Below are positions 28,550 through 42,129 of a stretch of DNA of 64,000 nt, one piece after another. The stretch's first letter is position 1. Each line of letters opens with the position of its first letter. The stretch is from assembly GCF_036365525.1 (NCBI RefSeq), contig NC_090417.1, positions 9,446,152 through 9,510,151 of the forward strand, read 5' to 3'. The notes under the pieces were generated by a model, which was given only the letters and a program-made list of their open reading frames with translations, was not told the DNA's origin and ran no database searches. The translations under genes were made by a program, and so were the position numbers. The DNA comes from Heterodontus francisci. Lineage: Eukaryota.

Positions 28550-28905
28550 TTACTGGACAAGTAATCCAGAGGCCTGGACTAATGAGTGCAAATCCCACTA
28601 TGGCGGCTGGGGAATATTAATCTAGTTAATTAAGTAAATATGGAATAAAAAACTAGTGTCAGTAACGGTGATCATGAAATTACCGGATTATCATAAAAAC
28701 CCATCTGGTTCACTGTCGGGAAGGAAAACTGCTGTCCTTACACGGTCTGGCCTCGATGTTTGTCCATACCCACAGCAATGTGGTTTACTGTTTGGTATCC
28801 TTTGAAATCATGTAACAAGCCTCTCAGCTGTCTCAAGGGCAGTTCAAGTTGAGCAATAAATGTTGGCCTTGCCATTGATGCCCACATCCCATGAATGAAT
28901 AAAAG
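28550..28905 (+). mobile_element. SINE sharing its 3' tail with LINE family B (other copies near 34410-34790 and 50600-50960 on -)
   Basis: Ends ctcaagggca...gcaataaatgttggccttgcca..gatgcccacatcccatgaatgaataaaa, like the LINE end at 21830-21900. Confidence 0.65.
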
Positions 28906-29167
28906 AAAACAATACATGCATAAAGACAGGATCAGGCTCAGCTGCGATGCTTCCATGCTCGAATACCCTGCTGACTCACATTGTCTCGCCTCGTATTTAA
29001 TGATTGATACCTGTGTGAGGTATCAGCAGTGCTGGAGATACCTGTGCACCAGTGCCTCATCATTGTGTGTCTTCAGGAAAGGCAGGTTGGGTGGAATTAT
29101 TGTGACGTTATTAATGTGTGGCATTAACTGCTTATCTTCAGTGAACACTTCTCCCTCTCTGGTTTAG

Positions 29168-29314
29168 CGAGTGCACCTTGACATCCAAGTGGGGGAACAT
29201 GCCAACAACTACCCAGAAATCGCTGCAAAGGATAAATTGACCGAACTGCAGTTGCGAGTCCGGCAGCTGCTGGACCAGGTTGAACAGATTCAGAAAGAAC
29301 AGAATTACCAGAGG
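29168..29314 (+). CDS. TMED4: TMED4 exon 4
   Basis: [49 protein letters not shown]|gtgagt. Confidence 0.96.
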
Positions 29315-30529
29315 GTGAGTGAGGAGCAAGTAGTGCTCCAGGAATCTAAAGCTGCAGCAGCTCCTTTTGGAATACACAGGGATAATTTTCTGGAATGGTC
29401 CGGTGGGAAATCAGAAAGACAAACACTGCTGTATAATCATAAATAGCTTGCCTCCGGTGATTTGCTGCAGCAGGAGTGAGAGACATGGATCTCCATCTAT
29501 CTCAGCAGCCCTTCTCTGGACCTCCATTTACAACATCTGAGAGTCAATAACTACAGTTCAGAAGCAGACTGTAGGCAGAAACATGTGTTGAGGCAGAATT
29601 GCTGTGGCTCCTAGACGTGACTTATGTGCTGAGATTTATTGCGCGCAGTTTTTAACGGGTACAGGGTGCTTTGAAAAATTGACTTTTTTCACAACACCAG
29701 CTTTACTGTTGTGTAGTGTTATGACTGGATCTGAGACTCCATTTAACCCAGTTGCCAGTTTCTGTTTTTGTAAAATAGTTTCATCAAACTTCAAGGGGGC
29801 TACCTCTTTTCATGCATAGTTTCTACATTCAGAGCAACAGTATGCACTTCCCCCTAGCCTGGATGGTTGTGAATATCTTGGGCTTAAAGATTGCAGCTAC
29901 CAGTTATTTTTCAGATGGCTAATACGTGCTGAAGTATCAAACTCATACAAATGCTATCCACTGCATTTTGTTTCCCAGTATTTTCTGAGCTGAATGTTGT
30001 TGAGGTAAGGGTTCGAAAGGCAATGGCAGCCGTCCCATGTCTCACCCAGTTGGCCATTCTCCATCTCTGAGCCAAACAGTGTGTGTGGACTGTGCTCGAC
30101 TGTGGAGGGCATCAAACTTAATATTGTACTCATCTGACATGCACATTGCAGTGCTGCTGCTGAATTGCAGTCAGGAGCAAAAACCCTGGCGGATTTTCCT
30201 CCCTTCCTGCCCAGGGGTGCAGAGGCCATTTGTGGTGCACTCCACAACAAATAGAAACACATACGTAGAATTTACAATAAAGAAACTGGCCATTTGGCCC
30301 AACTAGCCTGTTTACTCCCCACTCCCACTTGAATATTACCTGCTGCCCCAACTAAGATCAGCTAACTCAGCACAGGGTTGCAGTTGAATCTGGGACTTGC
30401 ACTCAGTGACCTTGTTCACGGAACCTCGTGGGCGCCTGCTTGTTCTTGTCTAATAGATTGCTTCTGCACTTAAGAAGTGAAAGTTTATGGCTGATTTTCA
30501 TGACTTTGGTCTTGTTTTCACTGCTTCAG

Positions 30530-30679
30530 TACAGGGAGGAACGATTCCGGCAGACGAGCGAAAGCACGAACCAACGCGTCCTATGGTGGTCGATTGCACA
30601 GACGATTATCCTAATCCTAACCGGAATCTGGCAAATGAAGCATCTCAAGAGCTTCTTTGAGGCTAAGAAACTAGTGTAG
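30530..30679 (+). CDS. TMED4: TMED4 exon 5 (TM helix, FF and KKxx tail)
   Basis: [49 protein letters not shown]-stop; joined CDS 660 nt. Confidence 0.97.
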   Translation, partial: YREERFRQTSESTNQRVLWWSIAQTIILILTGIWQMKHLKSFFEAKKLV

Positions 30680-33600
30680 ATGTCTGTCAGCTGCCATCAT
30701 TGCAAGAACATGACAACAAAACTCAACCCGCCTCCCCCATCCTCACTGACTCGCAATTTAATGTGACTTTGTACATGTGGTACTTGAAGCTCTTCTAGAA
30801 ATTAAAGAGGGGATGGTTTGGTTGCATATCTTATAATGATCACACTAGTGCGAATGTTGTGGAACAGTTAGTGCAGGGATCCCTGGTATATCTCTGATAA
30901 AATGTTGCTTCATAGTTTACCTGTGATTGTTGATTGAAGGTGGGAGTTTGCTTCTAAAGAGATTTTTGTTCCTGATGATCATGTGTTTCGGATTCGTGAA
31001 AAGTCACAACAAATCTTTCTGTAGAACTTGATGATCTCAGAGGGTTCTTTGCCAAGTTTTCATAAAACACTGCCAATTAAGGTTTGAAATATGCAGCATT
31101 ACTGCCATGTTTGAATTCTGTGTAGTTCGGATTGAGATCATGAAGCCTCCTGCACTTGCCCATTCGTCAGAACCCAGGTAATGTTGCTCCATCCAGCTTG
31201 TAAGTTTTATTTCTCATTGATTCTGACTAAATTATCATTGTTTCTTGAAAAGCAACAAAACTGCAGAAACAAACATGACATCTACTTCTGGTTTTAAATA
31301 AACTGATGAAAAAGTATTTAAGGGAGGAATTTTTACAGCCGCTTACTAAAAAGAAACCCTTGAACCTAGATTTGTTTACTCAATAAGGGAACTCTTCTCT
31401 CCCGATGATTCCTTGTCTCTATTTTTGAAGATGATTGCTTGGTGAAGGTTTGGGATCGGTGATTAGCTATGCTAACTTTGGAAACTGGTAGCTTTGCCTG
31501 AGTGATGAAAGAGATGGGAGAGAATCCACAAATCAGTGTGTCTTCTTACAGGTTAAGTGACCTTTGTTGTCCAAGGACCTGTTTATCTTTAAGGATTTGA
31601 AAGCAAAATTTAAAAGGCCGATTTTAACTCCCATGTGGACAGGCCTCTAGGTGGAATGTTAACCACCCAGACCTCTGCAGCGGGAGTACCAGGAGATTTT
31701 AATTCCCGTGGCTCAGCTGTACAGGGTGTCACTGGTACCCAAAGAAACAGTGCCCTATAATCGGGCTGGAGGTTGAGTCGGGTATCATGGTCAAGGGGAG
31801 GGAAGAGAAACCAGCTGTAAGAAAGGCCCATGGTTTCCTTGTGGGTCCCAGAGGAGCACTTCATATTTCTCCAGGCTCGGAAGAAAACAAAAGGACCTTT
31901 CTGGGCCTCTTCTGGCCCTGGCTCCTCTTCCCACCTGGCCTGCCACAGCTTCCTCTGCCCAGGCTTTGGGTTAAAATAGCAATTGGGCCCCGTTTACATC
32001 ACAGGCGTGCATATTTGAAGGTGCCACTGCCTTCCTCCGAGTGTTCAACCCACAGGCAAGTGGTGGGATTGGTCCAGGTAAGTCAGTGCGGCCAGTTTTA
32101 ACTGCTTGCAGGCTTGGTTTCCACTGAGCAGGCAGGATCTTTCATAGGCCCTTAGCCCTCGTCTTATTGCCAGCTGTCATATTTAATAAGATCTACCCTG
32201 TGAATTTTGCAGTTTGCCAACAGTTCCTCTCCAACACTTGCCATGTGCTGTCTCCTATCTCGTTGCAGATTGTATTAGATGGAGCTCTGATGTTGCTGTA
32301 ATGTGATGCACTGTGTTAAGAATCTGTGGTGTTCAATGTAGCAGTTCATGCATGGATGGAGGAAGCCGTTACACTGAAAGCATATTCAGGTGTCCTGTAT
32401 CCTGGGTACTTGCTGCTGGTTTTAGTCAGCCCCAATTTGCCCCATTGCTACTGTTCCCCACACTGTGGCCCTTTTGGTACAACTTATTACATCACTGGAA
32501 TGGAGAAAGTCATCAAAATTTGAAATAAAATTCTTAAACACTATTGTATTAAAACATATGCCTGTGTGACATTACTTGACTAAGAGATACGTTTTAGCTG
32601 TGATGATTCATAACCAAGAAAATAGCCTCAAAATCACTGTTGTTATTAATAGAAATTTAATGCACTCATGCATTTTTCAATCTGCTGTTAACGAAGGTGT
32701 TAATCTGTTTCAGGAATATCAACAAACACATGAAGTGATCATCCGCTAATAACTCCATAAAACTGTTCAAGGTTCATAAGAAAAGTCAAGACTGAGAAAA
32801 AGCCATTTGGTTTTTTTCAAGTAAGATTGAGGAAATATTTTAACATTCTGGTTTCAGAGGTGGAAAGACTGCTGGTTAGTTACTGTCCTTTCACCTTTGG
32901 GATCTAGGTTCATATCCACTCAGACAGGAGGTGAAGGTCTGTTGTCTTGGGGACAACAGGACAATGCAATGGAATAGAGTTGGGCTTCTCAACTGGGGGT
33001 CCTTGAGAAGGTGACAAGGCGCTGCCCCACGTTTTCTCCCAACACCATCAATCTGGCCCCCGCATTGTGTCAGCTCTTTCTGACAACTGATTGGCAGCCA
33101 TCACAGCGAGCACCATACCAGTCATATAACCCAGCTGACCTCCCACCTCTCCAATGAGCCAGCAATTCATTTCCAAAGTTCAACATCAAAATATTGTCAG
33201 CAGTTTAGCTGTAAATACATTTTGCACTGTTTAGATCCAAGAATAAATGTTATTACTGCTTGATGTTTGATTTATTACTATTCTCTCCCAGTGCTGCTCC
33301 CCTGCCCCCCCCCCCGCACCCCCACCGGTGATTCTGGGTTGTGTGAGCCGCCCATTTTGTTTGAATTATCAGTGCTTAGAGGGATAGAAGCTTCGATAGA
33401 GAGCGGTCTCCAGGTATTGAAACCATGAAGCAACAAACCCAGAGCTTGTAACAGAATGAAACTGTCAGATGGGAATTATTTAGGACCCCAGTCACAGGGA
33501 GCAGGAAGTTCCGGAGAGAGGATAGCAGGTGGTGGGAAGAGGCTGCAGAGAAAAACCAGGAACCAAAAATGGTCAGAGAGGCAAAGGGGGCTGGAAGCTA

Positions 33601-36600
33601 TGGGTGGGGGAAAATGAGCCCTGTTAATTCTATGTGTAGAACATGCTTGGGACTGGAGTGCTATAAACGTCCAGGAATATGGAGGAAGAAGTGGCAAGGA
33701 CAGCCTGCAGAATCAGTCTCCGTGAAAAACACTGATCATTTACTTAAACGAAGAGAAGAAACTGAAGCAAAAGGAGGTAAGTGGTAAGTAGTTGTTCCAA
33801 ACCTGCTGTTGTGCTGGGCGGGGAGGGTGATTTGGAATGTAGGTGGTGCCCTGGAGCTGTGAGGTTGTTTGAATAGTGCAAAGCACAAGGATGGGCACTG
33901 ACCACTTAAGGTGTTTTAACTGTTGATAGGTGATTGGTGGCTTCATAATGCCTGAGACTGTGATGGAGACAGATTCAATAGCAGCTTTTAACAAGAAATT
34001 GGATAAATCCTGAAAGGAGAAAATATTGCAAAGATGTGAGTCAAGAGCTGGGAGTGGGATGAACTGGCTTGCTCTTGGTAAGAGCTGGCAAGGACACAGT
34101 GGCACAGACCATGATACCCCCACTCAACTTCCAGCCTGATTGTAAGGCAACATTCCTTTGGGTATGAGTGACGGCCTGTGCAGCTGAGCCCCAGGAATTA
34201 AAATCTCTTGGTACTCCTGCTGCAGAGGTCTGGGTGGTTCACTGACCACCTCGAGGCCTGTCTGCATGGACATAGAAATCGGGCCCTTTAAATTTTGCTA
34301 CAGGATCCTCAGAATGGGCAGAATGACCTGTGCTGTACTAGTTTATAATTCTATTCCATTGGAGACAGTGAGGGTTCCAATCTGCAGTTTGCAATCCTGA
34401 TTCTGTTTTTTTAATTCATTCATGGGATGTAGCTGCTAAGACTAGCATTTATTGTCCATCCCTAATTGCCCTTGAGAAGTTAGTGGTAGTGAGCCACCTT
34501 CTTGAATACAATTGAGTGGCTTGCTAAGCCATTTCAGAAGGCAGTTAACAGTCAACAACATTGCCGTGGGTCTGGAGTCACGTATAGATAAGACTGGGTA
34601 AGGACATCAGATTTCCTTGTTTAAAGGACATCAATGAATCAGTTAAGTTTTTACAACTGTTGGGTAGTTTCATGGTCACTGTTACTGATACTAGCTTTTT
34701 ATTACAGAGTTTATTTAATAACTCAGTTTAAATCCTCCAGCTGTCATGGTGAGATTTGAGCTCATCTTAGGATCATTAATCCAGGCCTATCTGTCATGAC
34801 ATTTTGTCTCTGGGTGCCAGGTTCTGTTGAGTGCAAATGCAACAAATGTATCAGACAGATAATGTTTCAATGATCTGCCAAGTAATACTCCATAAAGGAT
34901 TCCCAAATGAGGAAAAGGTGGTGTTTGTGTTTTGCAGGTGGTCTGTCGTTAGTTCTCCTAACTCAATGCTTAAACAACACAATGACACCATGAGGGTTAT
35001 TCACGAGCCCATCTAACCAGAAAATTGTGGGTTTGAGCCCCATCGTAGAATTTGAGCATGTGACATAGACTGATGTTTCAGGAGTTTGCTGAGGGAAATC
35101 TGTTGGATTGACAGTGCTGTCTTTCAATAAGACATTGCACGGAGGCCCTGTCTGCATCTTTCACTGGATGTAAGAGATGGCTACCATTCAAAGGATCCAG
35201 TTTTCCTGGTGTCCTGGCCAACATCCCTCCCTTAACCAGTGCTTCCGAAAATAAACTACTCATTCATTTCACTTCTTGGATTTTGCTGTGTGTAAAATGA
35301 CTGCTGCAGTTGCCGACATGACATTAACTGCAATTCCAAACAGTTCTTTGCATAGGAATTACTTTGGGATGTTTCTGACAGATGTGATAAGAAGCTATAC
35401 AAATACAAGTCTTCCTTTTCTCACTGAAATTGTTCCAGCTTTTATTATTTAAATGTTAGCAGATGATCTGAAGCACACAGTGGAGATGTGATTTTGAGAA
35501 AGGTTTCACATCGCTCTGGGTTAAAGGCAAAACTGTGGAGGAACCATTCGTTTTATAGGGTAGAAATGCAAATCGGTGCATCAATTGCAAGTAGGAAGAA
35601 AAAATATACTTACTTTGTGAAAGACATCAAAATAGCACATATTGAAATTCAGAAATCTAGAAGTGTCAGTAATCTCAGCATTTAACACTTCTAATCACTG
35701 CAGATCAGTAATCAGTGCAAGTAGGATGCCAAGGCACTATTGTACAAGTTAGAGGAGGCCATGTAAGAACTGGAGAATGCTCGGATGACATTACACCTTA
35801 ATACAGCATCCAGTTCTGAGCAGCGATATGCAAGGGAGATATTCAAGACCAAGCGTCACAGAGAAGAGTCAACAAGATGAATCTCCAGCATCAGAGCACT
35901 GAGCTAGAGGATAGAGTGGAACCACTGCCGCAGTGTTTACATTTTCCCATACCAGCCACCTCTTTGTGGTGTCCAGGTGAGTTGAGACACTAATTTAATG
36001 TCAAATGGTGACTCATGCTCACTGAGTCTTGTGACTCAAGAAGAAGTTGCATTTATATAGCACCTTTAACATAGTAAAATGGCCCAAGGTGCTTCACAGG
36101 CGCATTATCCAATAAAATGTGAAACAGCGCCACTTGAGATGTTAGGACAGATGACCAAAGAGGTAGGCTTGACGGATAATCTGAAAGGAGGAGGGAGAGC
36201 TTCAGGGAGTGAAGGGAGTGACCTTAGGGTCACAACAGCTGAAGACATGGCCAACAATGGTGGAGCGATTAAAATCAGGGCTGAGTGAGAGGCCAGAATT
36301 GGAGGAGCACAGAGATCTCGGAGGGTGTTGCAGAGATAGGGAGGGATAAGGCAATGGAAGGGTTTGAAAACAAAAATGAGAATTTTTAAATTGAAGCATT
36401 GCGGGACCGGAGCCAATGTAGGGTAGCAAGTACAGGGGTGACTCATTTCATTTCGGATCCTTAAAGTCAGCAGACAGACTTTCATTCCATTGATTTGGGC
36501 TGGAGTTGATCTTGTTAACCCTGAGGTAAATTTTGAGTGATTTTTACTTGGGTTGAAGAGTGTCATTGTTTTATTTTTAAGAACTTAGAAGCTGATATCT

Positions 36601-37231
36601 GTGCAGCTCAGAAAAATGTTGGTAGCCAGGCTCTGCTGCCAACAAGCAGCTCTGCTGTTTGTCCTTTTGAATGCCAAAATAAAATACGTTCTCATTTTTT
36701 AAATGCTTTCAGTAAGTTGGGTCAACAAAGTGATACGACACAATCACTTCACAAAACAAAGCGCATTCAGCACATATTTTAGATTAGGATTCTTGCTTTT
36801 CTCTGTCTCCGGCACTCAAATGTAGATTTACTCATAGCTCTTTGCAACTCAGTGCTGTAGGCGAGCTGTATGTACTCAACACACACTTCTGCTCTGACTC
36901 TTGGGTTTTATTATCCCATGTACTGGGGGAGTAAAATTGCAGAGAGTGGGCATGCAGGTTCTGAGCCTGTAAGGAGCAAGAGTGGTTGTACGTAATATGT
37001 CTGTCTGCAAATCCAAATAGGAAAAAAAACTGTTGTTCAAACAGGCATTTTTTGCATACGACATAGTAAGGCACTGGAGTTCCCAGCCAGACTGATCCAA
37101 TCTCTCAGACATGTTGTAGAACACCAACATTGCTTTGATTACCTTCCTTGTTAATAATTCTTCATTCCTTCCTGATGTTTCTAGGAGCCATTGATGCTGA
37201 ATAACAGTTTTTTTGAAGTTTCTACTTCACT

Positions 37232-37292
37232 ATGGGTTCAAGTAGCAGAGTGTGGCAATTCCTGTTTCTCATGTTGGCTCTTGTACTGAGAG
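37232..37292 (+). CDS. ASTL: Ovastacin-like astacin protease, exon 1 of 12 (signal peptide)
   Basis: MGSSSRVWQFLFLMLALVLR g|gtagtg; hydrophobic N-terminus; phase 1 fits the next exon. Confidence 0.7.
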
Positions 37293-37385
37293 GTAGTGGC
37301 TGTTTCTCACTTTGTAGAGTTGTGGTCTTGTCTGCAAGATAGACTAATCTCTTGTTTTTAACGCCTGTTTCTATTAATACTGCAG

Positions 37386-37490
37386 CAGTCGGGCAGAGCG
37401 AGATGAAAAGGCAAGTCAGCTCTCGTCTGGATCCCGTTGAAGCCAAGACGACCCTTACAGCAGAGGATGCAATTGTCAGGATTAACCAGC
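37386..37490 (+). CDS. ASTL: Ovastacin-like exon 2 (propeptide)
   Basis: [35 protein letters not shown] c|gtatgt; tandem cagcag acceptor; phase 1 to 1. Confidence 0.78.
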
Positions 37491-37859
37491 GTATGTTCCT
37501 GAATTAACATCTTGGTTTATTTCACTATCATTGGGGGTAAGCTGTTCTTGAGCTACTCCCTGGTAGCTGCTGTATGAGTGTGCGTGAAACTTTTCCTACG
37601 ACTCGAAACTAACTTTCTTGACTGATGAATTCCAGAGACATCACCCCTTGCAATGGAACTGGTTTTTAGAAAGTTACCCACTGTCCTCATGTACTTGCTG
37701 CAGCAATTTATCAACACATTGTTGCAAATGATTAATTACGTTGCAGTCAGCCTAGTGTGCTGTAAATTGTTTTGTGCTGGTTTGAATACTGGTTGCTCCC
37801 TTGATGATCCTGACTGGGCTATGGGATCAAACTGCTACCGTTTGCTCTCCTATTTATAG

Positions 37860-37921
37860 GTATCTTTCAGTATGAAAAGCCCTGGAGGAGCTTCCTCATT
37901 GAAGGGGACATCATCAAACCT
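37860..37921 (+). CDS. ASTL: Ovastacin-like exon 3 (propeptide Asp-switch EGDI)
   Basis: (R)[20 protein letters not shown]|gtaagt. Confidence 0.9.
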
Positions 37922-38836
37922 GTAAGTTCCTTTTCAGTTTTTCCAGATGAATGTGTGATGGTCAGTGGCCCCTCTTAGCTTGACGAGGGGATGATATACC
38001 CTGTTGTTTCATTTCTTCATTCTTCTCCCTGTGGATAAGTGCCTCAGATTGAGGCGAGCTGTTCCTTAACTTTTGGTTATACTTGAGCCCCACTCTCCTA
38101 ATCTTTGAGCACCCACTTTTGGTGGGTTGGAGGGGCCAGGATGGGGGAGGGTTGGTTAAGCTGGAGGATCTTCTCATGGACCTGTTCCTGAGCTGAGCTA
38201 AACAGGTGCAGGACTGCTGGGGCACATGGGTGTGGAGGGAGGGGTTGCTCTGGCTGCAGACTCTATTCTGCAGTCTTGTTCATGCTCGAGTGGTTCTGCA
38301 AAGGGAGTATGCAGTGTTAACTGGTACGCTTGATGCCTTCCATGACCAGTGGGCACTGCAGGGTACACAGTGTCTTGTAGACATGAATAATTTTGTGATT
38401 TGGTTGGGAAGGTATCACTTTGTTTTTGGTGGGACTTGATATTATTTTTGCACCTTTTAGTTTGCTTGGACCATCCTATCTCTACTTATTTAAAAGGTAC
38501 CTGGATATGCACCTGAAGTGCTGTAACCTGCAAGGCTACAGACCGGGTGCTGGAAGGTGGGATTAGATTGGGCGGCTCGTCTTTTTTTTTCAGCCGATGC
38601 AGACACGAAAGGCTGAATGGCCGCCTTCTGTGCTGTAACGTTTCTATAGTTCTATTTCAGTTTGGCCGAAAAGATGCACTTGTGATAATTGGATACTGGG
38701 ATTTTTATTCTAGCTACGAGATACATTGGTTTAAAATTTTAAATCTCTGGTTCATTGTCAATGCTTGCTGTGTATTGGGTGCTCTGATGGGATGCTGTGT
38801 GACTGCAATTGCTGTCTCTTTTGCTGCTCCAATCAG

Positions 38837-38930
38837 CTGTGGAGGAATGCTGTACTATCTGAATCCAAGACATGGCAGAAGTCGCCAGATGGGATGGTGA
38901 GAATTCCATATAAAATATCGCAGCAGTATG
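38837..38930 (+). CDS. ASTL: Ovastacin-like exon 4 (probable activation site and mature N-terminus)
   Basis: LWRNAVLSESKTWQKSPDGMVRIPYKISQQY g|gtaagt. Confidence 0.9.
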
Positions 38931-40962
38931 GTAAGTGCTGAGTGGGACCTCTGGGTTGGAAAGTGTTAACCTTCCCTTTCAGTAAACACAGCTTTCTAAG
39001 CTGTGGTGAGGTGTTGGCACAGAATTGCAGGGCAGGTGTTGTGCCCGTGATTCCACACGGTTGGGGCTCCGAATCATTCTTATTTATTTTTTATTTATTT
39101 AGTAAGAGATACAGCACTGAAACAGGCCCTTCGGCCCACCGAGTCTGTGCCAACCAACAACCACCCATTTATACTAATCCTGCAGTAATCCCATATTCTC
39201 TACCACCTATCTACACTAGGGACAATTTACAATGGCCAATTTACCTATCAACCTGCAAGTCTTTGGCTGTGGGAAGAAACCAGAGCACCCGGCAGAAACT
39301 GATGCTGATACTCCATCGAGCAGCTGGCCTTCCAGGTCCACACACCCAGACTTTAGTGAGCCACTAAGATGGACAAGGACAAGGCAAAATAATTCCCCCC
39401 CTCTCTAGGTTCATCAGTAACCAACCCCAAGGCTCTTGCTGCATCACGCTGTGCGCCTCCAAGCCCAAATGATGATGATGTGTCATGTGTGGGTACTAGT
39501 GACTGTTACCTTATTAAGTTCTGATGTTGCCAGGTAAAATATCTGCTCTTCCCCCATTTTTCTCCTCCTCTCTAGGTATTCATTTGTGTAGATCCTCAGG
39601 TGTGTCTTCTCCTCCAGTACCTTAATCGAGTGGCCATTCATAGTCCTGCTCTGTCTATGATCCTTTCAGCCTGTGCTGGAATTAGCTATTGAACTGCAGT
39701 CATTTGTTATGAACCTGGACTATAGAAGCACAGTATTTATAGTCTACTTCTCTTTCCTTTTCTGAGTCTAAAGAGTTGCTTTCAGAATAGTCATTTGTGA
39801 GAGAGATCATGGCCGAGCTCGATTTCCATTCTCTTGCAACATCCACGCTTCCCAAAAAAAGGGTCGCTGGTAGTGCAAGGTATAAATGTTGCCTGATGTT
39901 ATTCCCCTGCTCACCCAGGAACTCAGATCTATTGTAGCATGCTAGCTAGTGTCCTGGTTGGGACTGGTTAACTAATCACAAAGCTGACACGGGACCTGAG
40001 ATTGTCCTGATCAATGTGGCTCAACCAGATAAACTTGGGCTTTGTGGAGGGAGCCTCAAAAATGAATTTTTGTGGGCTATTTGACTACAGGGATTGTCAA
40101 GAGTTGAGCCCCAATCCTGTCTCCACACACTTGCTCTTTGCAGTGTGGTCACTGGATAACTGTTTGTCGTGGAAACCCTGACTGAAATGAGTTGATGGAG
40201 CACAGGCCAGTAAGTATCCTTCTGGTATGTAAATGAAATATCGATAATATGATGGCCAACAAAAGATCTCCTGGACCATCCAGCCTCACCCTTGTGCATC
40301 GCAATACATGCATCTCCAGCCAAATGATCAGTTTCTATTTCAGTTCATTAAGTGTAAACGTGTCTGTGGACAGGACATTTTCGTTTATATGGTCATAGCC
40401 AGATTAATACAAGATCTTGCAAGTCTCATTGTGAAAATGCATTAAAAGCACAAGGCAAGAATCACAGACTAGGTTAGTCGTCATTTGCCAGGAAGAGGCA
40501 CATGCAGGAAATCTACCAAAATGTTAACTTGTCTTTTCTCTTCCAAGTCTTTTTCAGATGCTGACTGGTGTAATGTGTTTCTGTTTTCTGTTTTGAGTTC
40601 AGATTTGTGTCTTCATTTAAAATATACATACACTCTTTGAAGGATCTAGAACGAGAGGTCACAGATTTCAAGTGATTGACAAAAGTGACTGAGGAAAAAC
40701 CTTTTCATGCAGAGAGTGGTTAGGATCTGGAATGCACTGCCTCTGAGAGTGTGGTGGAGGCAGATTCAATCGAGGCATTCAAAAGGGAATTAGCTAGTTA
40801 TCTGGAAAGGAAACATTGCATGATTACGGGGAGAAGGCGGGAGAATGGCATTTGGTGAATTGCTCAATCGGAGATCCGGTGCAGACATGATGGGCCAAAT
40901 GGCCTCCTTCTGCGCTGTAACAATTCTGTGATACATATACATATTTTCTCCTCTTCCTCCAG

Positions 40963-41080
40963 ACGAGGAGACTCGGAGCTCCATCATTCGAGGTTTCAAG
41001 GACTTTGAGAAGTTCACGTGCGTACAGTTTTTACCTCACAGTGATGAGGACGACTTCATTTCCATTCAACCCATCCACGG
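40963..41080 (+). CDS. ASTL: Ovastacin-like exon 5
   Basis: DEETRSSIIRGFKDFEKFTCVQFLPHSDEDDFISIQPIHG; contains the astacin TCxxF motif. Confidence 0.93.
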
Positions 41081-42129
41081 GTATGTATCATATGTAGGGG
41101 CTGAGGTGCAGTGGTCCTGGTCTACGAGCTCGCTTTGTTTTTGGATGCAGGCTGATTGCAGCTAAGCCTGGTGATGCTTCCAGTTCACTGCTAACATTCC
41201 CCAGGAGCACGAGTGAGAGGCCATGGGTGGCAAGGTGGCAACAAATGTGACATTTTTAGACTTGCACGACCACCTATCAAATGCCATCCGAGAAATGAGG
41301 AACATAGCTAAGTGGGTAAAATCAAGCAAGCAATCTGCCTTGTACAAGCAATTACTCTAAAAGAAAGTCTTGAATTTATATAGCGCCTTTCATGACCTCC
41401 GTTTGCCGCAATGTGCTTTACAGCCCATGAAATACTTTTGAAGGATAAACATAAAATGTTGGAAATACTTGCATGTCAAGCATGGCTGTGCATACAGAAA
41501 CAGAGTTAATGGTCCCACTATTTACTGCGGTGGTATTTCCTAGTGTCGCAGAGATTGGGGGACAGAGTTTTGGTCGCCTGAATGCTCACTTTTTTTCCAA
41601 TGGGTACACCCCCCCGCTGTCCCCTCCCCCCCTCCCCCCCCCCAACTCGATTGACACGCTTGGGTGGGGAACACTACAGAAGAAAGCACAGCCCAGGAGC
41701 AAGCAGATTTCCTGCTGCTGAGATTAGAGATTGTGTGAGGTGGGTATAGCATGGCTCAGAGGGTTGAAGAGAGATTATGGTAGGGGTGGTCAGAGAGAGG
41801 TTGAGATGGGTGGGGGTTTGTGGGGGGAGTTCAGTCGTGGTGATAGGAAGCAGGTTAGTTTGGCGAGCTGCGGGGAAAGCACTCTTAGTGCACATGACCC
41901 ACAAGCAGTGCTGGAAAAGCACTTGCCTCAAGCACACAGCGCTCCTCGCCTCCCTTCAGCTGCCAGGTTTTTCAGGCCCAGTAAACCCGGCCAGTCAGCG
42001 TTAAAGTTGGAAGAGAGAGAAAATCTGAGGCATGCATTTACATGAGTGACCACCTTTTGGGATTAAATTGAAAGAAGTACAAGTAAATTGCTACTTCACC
42101 TGCAAGGGGTGGTTGGAGCTGTAGATAAT

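Noticed and set aside
17483-30679. TMED9 as an alternative identity
   Set aside because: [26 protein letters not shown] and linkage to DDX56 favour TMED4.
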